Shown piece after piece: positions 49,102 through 57,759 of a stretch of 64,000 bases of DNA. Position numbers and translations under genes: made by a program. Position 1 is the first letter of the stretch. Each line of letters begins with the position of its first letter. The notes under the pieces were generated by a model. It had not been told where the DNA came from, ran no database searches, and saw only the letters and a program-made list of their open reading frames with translations. The stretch is from Alphaproteobacteria bacterium (GTDB lineage: Bacteria; Pseudomonadota; Alphaproteobacteria; JAJTHO01; CANGYM01): contig JBILRW010000002.1 of assembly GCA_044372405.1 (NCBI GenBank), positions 6,862 through 70,861 of the forward strand, given 5' to 3'.

Positions 49102-49146
49102 GGAGAATCTCCTGAAATTAAGGTTTCTTTTTTGAGTGTCCCCTAT

Positions 49147-49161
49147 TTAATCATTTTTTAA
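49147..49161. promoter_or_regulatory. CtrA-box consensus TTAA-N7-TTAA upstream of rcdA
   Basis: TTAA(49147-49150)-tcatttt-TTAA(49158-49161), 46-60 nt upstream of the rcdA start codon. Confidence 0.3.
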
Positions 49162-49169
49162 CTAAAATG

Positions 49170-49685
49170 TCAATTCTTTTTTAATGTTTGGCGAGAACGG
49201 TTGTTTTCTTTGTTTATTTTCAAAGAAAACAGACCACAAAAAACCATCAGTGTCGAAAGAATGACATTCATATCCGCCATACTGAATCCCATCCAGACAA
49301 AGGCCGGTTTGTCGCAGGGAACGACGGTGGCCTGCGAAATTTTGGCCTCTAGCTCGGCCACGGTGCCGACATTTTCAAGAGTATTGGCACAGGCGGGAAA
49401 TGTCCATAACCCGGCCTCTACCCCCGAATGGTAAAGCCCCAAAACGAGGCTGAGGACCCATAACCCTGTGATAACCATAAAAACCTGACGAGGCCGGAGA
49501 GATTGATAAAAAGCCGAGAGCAGGCCTATTCCCACAATCACGATGTAGGGTATGCGCTGATAAACGCATAGGGGGCAGGGCCTTAAATCAAACCCATACT
49601 GAGCAATGCCCGCAACGGCCAGGGCCAAGGCCGCAACAACACCGCTGTATAAAGGGAAGTGATAAAAAAGGGCAGGGGGCTTCAT
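49170..49685 (-). CDS. dsbB: Disulfide bond formation protein B
   Basis: Four TM segments, CPLCVYQRIPY motif and a second Cys pair in the periplasmic loop. Confidence 0.8.
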   Translation of the reverse strand: MKPPALFYHFPLYSGVVAALALAVAGIAQYGFDLRPCPLCVYQRIPYIVIVGIGLLSAFYQSLRPRQVFMVITGLWVLSLVLGLYHSGVEAGLWTFPACANTLENVGTVAELEAKISQATVVPCDKPAFVWMGFSMADMNVILSTLMVFCGLFSLKINKENNRSRQTLKKN

Positions 49686-49724
49686 GGACTTTATTATGTC
49701 ATGCTTTTACGCCTAAGCCAATGG

Positions 49725-49763
49725 TTTGATCGTGGGGTTTGATCGTGGGGTTTGATGGTGCGG
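49725..49763. repeat. 13-bp tandem repeat x3 (TTTGATCGTGGGG, TTTGATCGTGGGG, TTTGATGGTGCGG)
   Basis: Read directly from the sequence. Copies at 49725-49737, 49738-49750 and 49751-49763, in the dsbB/FemAB-like divergent spacer. Confidence 0.85.
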
Positions 49764-49773
49764 ATGTCTATCC

Positions 49774-50727
49774 TTGCCGTGGTGTTGGCAACCCTTTACA
49801 AATCATGGGATGCACGTCACCTTTCCCTCTTGGCAAAAAGAATGGCGCTGCGCTCTTGCCCAGGGGGATAGAGTGCCCCTGGAACAAAGCTGGGGTTATG
49901 GCGAAGCTGTGGCCAGGAGGTACGGCGCAAAAATCACCCGTTTATTCATTCATCCTGCCCCGGAAAGCCCCCCTGTGGCCTGTGTTCAGGTCTTACAAAA
50001 AAGGGGCATCACCCAAATTTTACGGGGCCCTGTCTTTTTGTCCCCCCTTTCCCTGCCAGAAAAAAAGCAGGTGATTCAAACGCTGCGCCATCATTATCGT
50101 TGGCATGGTTTAACCCTGTTGTTTCCGGATCTGCCCGATACCCCCGATCATCGGTCGCTGCTGAGACAGTCCCGTTTGTTGCGGGTGCAGGCAGGGTATC
50201 AAACGGTCTATGTGGATTTGGCCAAAGCGTTAGAAACTTTACAGGCAGCGTGTCGGACTTCGTGGCGGCAGGATTTGCGTCAGGCCCTGTCTTGGGAAGA
50301 TGTTGATATTGTGCGTGTTTCCCAACATGCCCCCTTAGAATGGTTTTTGGATGCCCACGAAGCCTTTCGTAAAACCACAAAAATTAAGGCCCCGTCCCGG
50401 GCGTTTCTGTTAACACTGTATCAAAATTTTCTTTCCCATCAAGAAGGTATGATCTTGCTGGCCAAACACAAAGGGCCCTATCAGGCAGGGATTATGATCC
50501 TAAGTCATGGCAACACCGCCACCTATTTTGCGGGGGTCACGACGCAGGGGGGGCGGATGATTAAAGCCAACCATCGCCTGTTGTGGCATGCCATGGATCT
50601 TTTGCAGCAACAGGGGATTCGCTGGCTGGACCTGTGCGGCCTGAACAGCAAAACCATGCCAGGGGTAACTCACTTTAAACGGGGACTGCGGGGGGAAGAG
50701 GTTCGCCTGTGCGGGACCTATATTTAG
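49774..50727 (+). CDS. FemAB-like / GNAT (Acetyltransf_6-type) family protein
   Basis: The C-terminal region ..GNTATYFAGVTTQGGRMIKANHRLLWHAMDLLQQQGIRWLDLCGLN......GVTHFKRGL resembles the FemAB-like acyltransferase fold. The start is uncertain (ATG at 49810 is also possible). Confidence 0.5.
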   Translation: MPWCWQPFTNHGMHVTFPSWQKEWRCALAQGDRVPLEQSWGYGEAVARRYGAKITRLFIHPAPESPPVACVQVLQKRGITQILRGPVFLSPLSLPEKKQVIQTLRHHYRWHGLTLLFPDLPDTPDHRSLLRQSRLLRVQAGYQTVYVDLAKALETLQAACRTSWRQDLRQALSWEDVDIVRVSQHAPLEWFLDAHEAFRKTTKIKAPSRAFLLTLYQNFLSHQEGMILLAKHKGPYQAGIMILSHGNTATYFAGVTTQGGRMIKANHRLLWHAMDLLQQQGIRWLDLCGLNSKTMPGVTHFKRGLRGEEVRLCGTYI

Positions 50728-50745
50728 GGCCACCTATCGATTTTG

Positions 50746-50830
<85 letters not shown>

Positions 50831-50843
50831 ACGAAGGACATGA

Positions 50844-51788
50844 TTATGGCATATCTTGCCCCACCGCGTCGATAAAATCCTGTGGCCAGGGACAGGAAAA
50901 ATCCATTTTTTCCTGCGTTAGGGGATGAAGAAAAGACAAATGGGAAGCATGCAGGGCTTGCCGCTGAATGCTGGTCGTTTGTCCCCGTCGCCCCCCATAA
51001 ACAGGGTCCCCCACCAGGGGATGCCCGATATGCTGCAAATGCACCCGAATCTGGTGTGTGCGGCCGGTATCCAGGTGGCAGACAATCAGGCTTTGATCCC
51101 CTAAAATTTTCAATGTTTCGTAATGGGTCACGGCTTCCTTGCCGTTTTTAGAAACCACCGCCATTTTTTGCCGATGAACAGGGGATCGCCCCATCAGGGT
51201 TGCGATGGTGCCCTTGGGCGGTTTGGGGATCCCCCAGCATAACGCATGATAGGTCCGCTTCAGGCTGCGGTCCTGAAATTGCGCCACCAAATGCCGATGG
51301 GCGATTTCTGTTTTGGCCACCACCATCAGGCCGCTGGTGTCCTTATCCAGCCGGTGCACAATGCCTGGGCGTTTGATATCGCCAATGCCGCGCAAATTCT
51401 CCCCGCAATGGGCCAACAGGGCATGAACCAGGGTTCCCTGGTCATGACCTACGGCGGGATGAACCACCATACCGGCGGCTTTGTTGATGACCAGCAGGGA
51501 TTCATCCTCAAAAACAATAGCCAAACCAATGGCTTCGGGTATCAATTCACTGGGTCGTGCCTCTGGCGGCGTGACGCAAAATGTTTGTCCTGCTTCAACG
51601 CGCTGAGAAGGCCGCAGGGTCAGGGTATTGTTGGTAAGGTGAACATGCCCCTCCCGAATCCACCGCTGAATTTGACTGCGGCTGCCCTCTGGCCAAAGGC
51701 CAGACAGCCAAACGTCCAGACGCTCGCCATCGTCTTTGGGGGATACGGTAAAAAACACAAAATGTTGGCCTTTCTCTTTATCCCTCAT
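50844..51788 (-). CDS. rluD: 23S rRNA pseudouridine synthase, RluD-type (S4 domain + RluA family)
   Basis: S4-like N-terminus (RLDVWLS), HRLDKDTSGLMVVAK catalytic motif, LHASHLSFLHPLT C-terminus. Start at the ATG at 51788. Confidence 0.9.
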   Translation of the reverse strand: MRDKEKGQHFVFFTVSPKDDGERLDVWLSGLWPEGSRSQIQRWIREGHVHLTNNTLTLRPSQRVEAGQTFCVTPPEARPSELIPEAIGLAIVFEDESLLVINKAAGMVVHPAVGHDQGTLVHALLAHCGENLRGIGDIKRPGIVHRLDKDTSGLMVVAKTEIAHRHLVAQFQDRSLKRTYHALCWGIPKPPKGTIATLMGRSPVHRQKMAVVSKNGKEAVTHYETLKILGDQSLIVCHLDTGRTHQIRVHLQHIGHPLVGDPVYGGRRGQTTSIQRQALHASHLSFLHPLTQEKMDFSCPWPQDFIDAVGQDMP

Positions 51789-52497
51789 CTTTGTCTTGAG
51801 ACGGCATAAACTCTGACATGGCGGCATAAAGATTATCGGCCAGCCGTGAAAACGGCAGGGATTGCATCAAAACTTCCCCGGGGCCTTTCAGGTGAGCCAA
51901 AAACAACCCCTCTCCCCCAAACAGAGGGTTCATAATCCCGCTAACCACGCGGATATTGTAATCTACGGTTGCGCTAAAACCCAGCAGACACCCTGTATCC
52001 ACTTGGATGGTTTCTCCATGATCCAGCATTTTACGAATCAGGGTTCCCCCGGCATGCACAAACACCATGCCTTCACCGGAGTATTTTTGCAGGATAAAGC
52101 CTTCCCCCCCAAAAAGACCCGCCCCCAGGCGTTTTGTGACGCCAATGCTGATATTCACATCTGGCGTGGCACATAAAAAGGCGCGTTTTTGGCAGTAGTA
52201 AACCCCCTGGTGGGCTTCCAGGTTGATCATTTGGATTCTGCCCGGATAATAGGACCCTATGCCGACATAAGATTTTTCAATGCCCCTGTTTTTAAACTGG
52301 GAAATTAAAAATGTTTCACCCGCCAATTTGCGTTTAAGGCCTTTCCAAATGCCTCCCCCCGTTGTGGTTTTCATTTCCATGGAATCCCCCATGTAAATCA
52401 GGGATCCCAGCTCGGCTTGGATAAATTGGCCGGGAAATAAACTGAATTCAACAATCTCCATGCTGGTGCCATGGATGGTATAGGTCATGTCGTACAT
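51778..52497 (-). CDS. AIM24/TIGR00266 (DUF124) family protein
   Basis: GSLIYM, GGEGFILQKYSGEGMVFVHAGG and GGEGLFLAHLKGPG repeats typical of the family. Confidence 0.7.
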   Translation of the reverse strand: MYDMTYTIHGTSMEIVEFSLFPGQFIQAELGSLIYMGDSMEMKTTTGGGIWKGLKRKLAGETFLISQFKNRGIEKSYVGIGSYYPGRIQMINLEAHQGVYYCQKRAFLCATPDVNISIGVTKRLGAGLFGGEGFILQKYSGEGMVFVHAGGTLIRKMLDHGETIQVDTGCLLGFSATVDYNIRVVSGIMNPLFGGEGLFLAHLKGPGEVLMQSLPFSRLADNLYAAMSEFMPSQDKDEG

Positions 52498-52531
52498 TCA
52501 GAGCCTCTTATCAAGGGAAAGCAGGGTAGGA

Positions 52532-54067
52532 CTAGGGGGCATAGACGGTTTGGGCAAAGGAAAGTTTTTGCTCAGGTGCATAGCTTTTTATCATGGAAAA
52601 ATATTTCCCCAGCGTTAATCGGGTGGGGGGAGAGGTCCTAATGTCCTGAAGCCCTCGGACTAGCTTTGTAATATCAAAACCCGTTGTCACACCACTGGGG
52701 GCGGCTTTCGCGCGGCCCGTTAAATAATTCAGGGTGGCCACTTGATGGCTATAGGCGGTTTTTTCCCATATGTTTTGGATCAGGGATTGCCAGCCTGCGG
52801 CATGACCGGAAACACGGGGATTCAACGCAAACAAGCTGTCATAGCCCCAGGTTTTCAGGAGCTCTCGCATGGCCTCAACGCTTTGATCCAGGGCCTGTTG
52901 CCCCAGCCGTTCCCACAGGGCCTTGGCTTGTTCCTCATCCCCCAAATACAGAAGACTCGAAATCAGGGCTGCTGAGGGCTTCACCGCGTTTAACGTCACG
53001 GTATTTTGCAAAACAGGCTCAAAAAGACGCGCCCGGGTTTGGGGAGGAAGCCCCGTTTCTGGCAACAATCGCATCAGTGTGGTCAAGCGCGTGGGATTTT
53101 TCTGGGACCATTGCCACAAAAAGACACTTTTAAGCCCATTATCCAATGTTTCCAAAGTTTTTTTGGGGCTGGCCAGTTCTGTATCGGTAAACGGGGGGTG
53201 TTCTGCATAAAGCGCCCGCACCATACCCGGGGAAAAAACATCGGCGGCCAATCCTGCCTCTGCAGCGGCCAGGCGTGTGGGCTTGGGCATAAACGCGGCA
53301 TTGGCGATCCAGCCGTAAAAAGGCACCGCCAGGGCCTGAACAGCCGGAACATCAAAGGATTTTTTCTGATACAGGGCCAGCATAACCGATAAAGGATCAC
53401 CAGAATCCACCGTGATCGGGGTTTCATTCAAAAGATGTCCCACCAAAATCCAAAACGGGTCCTGTGGGGCGGATGGGTTTTGTTCCCCTTCCAGGTCCAT
53501 CAGCAATTGGGCGCCATCGGTGTCTTGAACAGAAATCATGCAAAAGGTGCGAATTTTTGCGGCTGTTGTGGGGATAGACCCCGCATAAGAACACGCATCC
53601 ACGCGCCGGTTTTGCATCAACATCAACAAAACAGCATCGTCGTGCAGTAGGGGGGAGCGCTTATCCTTAGAAACCTGCTGCATCAGGGCCTGGGCATCCT
53701 CCACAAAACCGAGGGCCACCAGCGTTAACAGCCGTTCATGCAAAAACGCCCCTGGCTCGGGTTGGTTTTGGGGGCCATCCCCCCCCGCGATTAAAATCGG
53801 ACGCATCAGCGTTCGTATTAGCGTCGTTTTTTCCCCCTGGCGCACTTTCTGAAGCGTCAGGGAAACATCAGCAAAGGTGTCCAAGGACCATTGAGGCTGA
53901 ATCTCAGGGTCAGATCCGGTCACACGAAGGGCATCAAAATCAAACGGGGTTGCGATCCCTGTTGTCAAAGGCGTAGCGGTTGATAAGGATGCATTGATCT
54001 CTGCGGCTGCCAGGGAAGGAGCCTGTAGTATCAAGAAAAATAGGGTCAACCAAAAAAAATGCCTCAT
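52532..54067 (-). CDS. Secreted hypothetical protein (511 aa)
   Basis: Signal peptide MRHFFWLTLFFLILQAPSLAAA. No family recognised by eye. Stop/start overlap with the upstream amidotransferase gene. Confidence 0.55.
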   Translation of the reverse strand: MRHFFWLTLFFLILQAPSLAAAEINASLSTATPLTTGIATPFDFDALRVTGSDPEIQPQWSLDTFADVSLTLQKVRQGEKTTLIRTLMRPILIAGGDGPQNQPEPGAFLHERLLTLVALGFVEDAQALMQQVSKDKRSPLLHDDAVLLMLMQNRRVDACSYAGSIPTTAAKIRTFCMISVQDTDGAQLLMDLEGEQNPSAPQDPFWILVGHLLNETPITVDSGDPLSVMLALYQKKSFDVPAVQALAVPFYGWIANAAFMPKPTRLAAAEAGLAADVFSPGMVRALYAEHPPFTDTELASPKKTLETLDNGLKSVFLWQWSQKNPTRLTTLMRLLPETGLPPQTRARLFEPVLQNTVTLNAVKPSAALISSLLYLGDEEQAKALWERLGQQALDQSVEAMRELLKTWGYDSLFALNPRVSGHAAGWQSLIQNIWEKTAYSHQVATLNYLTGRAKAAPSGVTTGFDITKLVRGLQDIRTSPPTRLTLGKYFSMIKSYAPEQKLSFAQTVYAP

Positions 54068-54786
54068 GCCGCCGCCTTAATTAAAGCGTCAAATAACTGT
54101 CCATCGGCGCTGTCCACGTGATATTCAGGATGCCACTGCACGCCCAGACAAAAACGATAGCGCGGATCTTCAATCCCCTCAATAATCCCATCGGGGGCGC
54201 GGGCGTTGACAATAACAGTGGCAGGGACGGACTTCACCGCCTGATGGTGGGCAGAATTCACGGCCATCGTTTGTTTTTGAACAATTTTATGCAGCAGTGT
54301 GCCGGGGGTAATGGTGACCTCGTGCCCCGGCTGTGTCCGGGGATTGGGCTGTTCGTGGGCCAGCGCCGAAGGCAGCGCATCCGGAATATGCTGAATGAGG
54401 GTACCCCCCAAAATCACCGCCAGCAATTGCTGTCCCCCGCAAATGCCCAAAACCGGTTTGTTTTGTTTCAGCATGGCCTCGGCCAAGGCCCATTCAAACT
54501 GGGTGCGGGTGTGCTTGATGGTGACCCGTTCATGAATGGTGCTTTCCCCATACAACCGGGGATCCAAATCAAAATCCCCGCCGGTGACAATTAATCCGTC
54601 CAGGCGTTTGGCATAGTCCTCAGCGTCTTCGGGATAATGGGGGAGCAATAAGGGCAAGCCCCCCGCCTGATGCACGGCATGACAATAATTCTGACGCAGC
54701 GCGTACCAGGGCATGGCGGAATAGCCCCCGCCTTGATCTTCAGAATCCAGCGTAAGTCCAATGACAGGGCGCATAGGTTTTTTCAT
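54064..54786 (-). CDS. Class I glutamine amidotransferase / gamma-glutamyl-GABA hydrolase (peptidase C26) family
   Basis: GICGGQQLL nucleophile elbow. HH..V and VQWHPE C-terminal motifs. Confidence 0.75.
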   Translation of the reverse strand: MKKPMRPVIGLTLDSEDQGGGYSAMPWYALRQNYCHAVHQAGGLPLLLPHYPEDAEDYAKRLDGLIVTGGDFDLDPRLYGESTIHERVTIKHTRTQFEWALAEAMLKQNKPVLGICGGQQLLAVILGGTLIQHIPDALPSALAHEQPNPRTQPGHEVTITPGTLLHKIVQKQTMAVNSAHHQAVKSVPATVIVNARAPDGIIEGIEDPRYRFCLGVQWHPEYHVDSADGQLFDALIKAAA

Positions 54787-54856
54787 AGTTTTTGAACGCG
54801 TTTTGTATCATAATCATTTCCCGTGCGACATACCAGAGTCAATTTAGGCATAAACG

Positions 54857-55501
54857 ATGCTCGATATTCTCTTTTTTCTAGGCTTGGCCATTTATTTTTT
54901 TATCCGTTATCGGGGCGTTCTGGGAACACCCCCCGACGATATTCCGGGCAAAAATCCTTTCTCTTTTGGCGAGGAAGGGACAGTCATTACCCTAAAGCCC
55001 GATGAGATCACCTCATCCGATCCGCTGTCCCCCTCTGGTGGCACGTCTTTGGCCCATATTCTAAAATCCATGTCCCAGATTGATCCTTCTTTTTCAGAAA
55101 AAGCCTTTTTATCGGGGGCTAAGGAGGCGTTTAAAATGATTGTCACGGCCTTTGCTGCCGGGGATAAGGCCGCGCTGGAGCCCCTTTTGGCCCCAGACGT
55201 CTTAAAAACCTTTGCCAAAACCATCGATCAGCGGAAAAAAAACAAAGAGGTTGTCCACTTTACCCTGCACCGGATTCGGGACGCCATGGTGCATCATGCC
55301 ACGCTAGAGGGATCCCAGGCCACCATCGATGTGATTTTTGATACAGATCAGGCGGAATTTGTGAAAGATGCTGAGGGTAACGTCATTGACGGGGATGCCG
55401 ATCATATTATCGAGGTCCGGGACATCTGGGCCTTTACCCGTGATCTGAAGGCTCCGAACCCCAACTGGTCCTTGGTGGCAGTACGGGCGGGGCATTCATG
55501 A
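54857..55501 (+). CDS. Tim44-like domain protein
   Basis: N-terminal TM segment, then FL.GAK.AF..IV.AFA.GD...L..LL...V...F and a C-terminal WSLVAV. Conserved neighbour of mltA in alphaproteobacteria. Confidence 0.75.
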   Translation: MLDILFFLGLAIYFFIRYRGVLGTPPDDIPGKNPFSFGEEGTVITLKPDEITSSDPLSPSGGTSLAHILKSMSQIDPSFSEKAFLSGAKEAFKMIVTAFAAGDKAALEPLLAPDVLKTFAKTIDQRKKNKEVVHFTLHRIRDAMVHHATLEGSQATIDVIFDTDQAEFVKDAEGNVIDGDADHIIEVRDIWAFTRDLKAPNPNWSLVAVRAGHS

Positions 55502-56601
55502 GTAAGTGGTTTTTGGGGGGGATTTTTTTAATCCTCTTTCTGAACAGTGTGATGCCGGCCCGGGCGGATTCTTCCCTAACAACTTTGTCCCGTACCAACT
55601 GGGCTGTGGTTTGGCAAATTTATTTGGGGGCCTGTCAGGAAAAACCCCCTCATGTTCCGGAATCTTCGCCGTATAAATCCCTTTGGTCAGAGCTTTCCTG
55701 GCAATCGGCATGTTCAACGGCCTTGCGTTTAGGGCCCTCTCCGAGCCCACAGGCGATACAGGATTTTTTTGAAACCCATTTTGAATCTGTGCCGCTGGGT
55801 CAGGAACCCGCAAAATTCACGGGGTACTATCTGGCGGGGCTCGAGGCTTCTTATGAAAAAGAAGGCCCCTACACCACCCCCGTTTATGAATGGCCCGATG
55901 ATTTATCCGTGCTGGATTTACAGGATATTGATCCGGATTTGCCCAAACGGCGCCTTTGGCTGCTGGGATCCCAAACCAATTTAATGCCCTATCCCCCCCG
56001 CGCCCAAATTATAGGTCATTTGGGGGATAAGCATGTTATTTTATGGGCCAAAGATCCTGTTGATTTGTTTTTTCTGCAAATTCAGGGATCAGGCATTGTG
56101 TCTTTGCCGGATGGGGGAACAACCTCTATTACCTTTTCGGGGCGCAACGGGTATGATTATAAAGCCATTGGCAAAGAAGTCGTGCGCCGAGGTTTGATCA
56201 AAAAAAAGGAAGATGTGACCATGCTGTCCATCAAAGAGGCCCTTCGCAAAGCCGGCCCCAAAGTGGCTGAATCCATCATGAATACCAACCCCAGCTATGT
56301 TTTTTTTAAAGAAACAAAGGATGCCATTGTGGGTGCATCGGGTCATGCCCTGCAAGCACAGCATAGTTTGGCTGTGGATCCCGCGTACCATGCCTATGGA
56401 CTGCCGTTTATGATTCGCATTGATAATCAGAAAGCCACGGGAGAAGTCATTGAAACCCTGGCGTTTAGCCAAGACACCGGCTCCGCTATTCGCGGGCCCA
56501 AACGATTTGATTTTTTCACCGGTTCGGGAACCGAGGCCATGAATCTGGCCAGCAGCATGAATGCCGGCGGCGAAGCCCTGGTGTTGCTACCTAAGCGGTA
56601 G
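55498..56601 (+). CDS. mltA: Membrane-bound lytic murein transglycosylase A
   Basis: FFLQIQGSG motif, MltA-specific insert and 3D domain (FDFFTGSG). Confidence 0.85.
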   Translation: MSKWFLGGIFLILFLNSVMPARADSSLTTLSRTNWAVVWQIYLGACQEKPPHVPESSPYKSLWSELSWQSACSTALRLGPSPSPQAIQDFFETHFESVPLGQEPAKFTGYYLAGLEASYEKEGPYTTPVYEWPDDLSVLDLQDIDPDLPKRRLWLLGSQTNLMPYPPRAQIIGHLGDKHVILWAKDPVDLFFLQIQGSGIVSLPDGGTTSITFSGRNGYDYKAIGKEVVRRGLIKKKEDVTMLSIKEALRKAGPKVAESIMNTNPSYVFFKETKDAIVGASGHALQAQHSLAVDPAYHAYGLPFMIRIDNQKATGEVIETLAFSQDTGSAIRGPKRFDFFTGSGTEAMNLASSMNAGGEALVLLPKR

Positions 56602-56646
56602 CCTTTTCACACTTTTTTTTAACCCTCTTCGTGTCTACTGGGTTTC

Positions 56647-57759
56647 GTGCAAATGAATGTGTGTGGGGCCATGCCGCTTAACAGGAGTGCCATTTTAGAA
56701 ATGGCCAAAAGCCATGACGTGAAGGACCGCCAAGAGTTGGCGGCCTCTGTGGGGTCAATTTGCCTTCAAGATTATACTCTTCTTAATGATCATGAACGGT
56801 CCCTTTTTACCGAGATTATGCTGCACCTTTTGGACAGCGCCACGGTGGATTTAAAAAAAGATCTGGCCATTGCCCTTTCCGAGCAAAAAAAGGCGCCCCG
56901 TCCCTTAATGGAAGCCTTGGCCCATGAAGAATTTTCCATTGCAGAAGCTGTTTTATCAAAATGCAATGTTCTGAAGGATAAAGCCCTGATCGATGTTATT
57001 CGTCATCGCACCACCCAACATCAATTGGCCATTGCCTGTCGAAAACAGCTCAGCGAACAAGTCAGCGATATGATTGTTGAGCAAGGCAATCCCTTGGTCA
57101 TTACAGAGCTGCTCAAAAATAAAGGCGCCAAAATCGGGGAGGCGACGTTACGGTATTTGGTGGATCAGTCGAAAAAAATCGATGATTACCGGAATCCTTT
57201 GTTGGGCAGGGAGGATTTGCTGCCCGAGCACGCCGCCACCATGTATCAGTGGGTTTCAGAGACGTTACAAAAAGAAATCTGTAAAAAATTTAATCTTAAA
57301 GAAGATGACATCAGGGTCTTCCTGGATAAGGCCATGGCCAGTCAGTTGAAACGATTATCCGAAGCGCAAAAAAACAAAACAGAGGATGATCTGGTTGCTT
57401 TGCTGGATAAAGAACAGCAGTTGACCGTTCCCTTTATGATCCGCTGCTTAAAAGAAGGAGAAATTGCCCTTTTTGAGGCCGTTTTAGCCCATAAACTTGG
57501 TGTTTCCTCGGATCACTTGCCCCCCCAAATTTTACAGGATCGTACCCTTTTTACGTTGGCTTGTAAGGGAATTGACCTTTCCCAAAGTGATTATCTGGAT
57601 ATGGTCACGATTCTGCAGCAGGCGGAAGGCAAAAATCCCAGGCAGATCAGCCAAGAGCTGAAGCTATGGCAATCCGAATACAGAAAAATCAACAGGGACA
57701 GCGCCCAGGGCGCCATTAAATCCTGGCAACATCGGGTGACGCAAGAGGATTTTCAATGA
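56647..57759 (+). CDS. DUF2336 domain protein
   Basis: HEAT-like repeat pattern ..ER.LF.EIM..LL......LK..LA.ALS......P..L...LAH.E..IAE.VL....L.D..LI.VI.. typical of alphaproteobacterial DUF2336. Confidence 0.55.
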   Translation: MQMNVCGAMPLNRSAILEMAKSHDVKDRQELAASVGSICLQDYTLLNDHERSLFTEIMLHLLDSATVDLKKDLAIALSEQKKAPRPLMEALAHEEFSIAEAVLSKCNVLKDKALIDVIRHRTTQHQLAIACRKQLSEQVSDMIVEQGNPLVITELLKNKGAKIGEATLRYLVDQSKKIDDYRNPLLGREDLLPEHAATMYQWVSETLQKEICKKFNLKEDDIRVFLDKAMASQLKRLSEAQKNKTEDDLVALLDKEQQLTVPFMIRCLKEGEIALFEAVLAHKLGVSSDHLPPQILQDRTLFTLACKGIDLSQSDYLDMVTILQQAEGKNPRQISQELKLWQSEYRKINRDSAQGAIKSWQHRVTQEDFQ

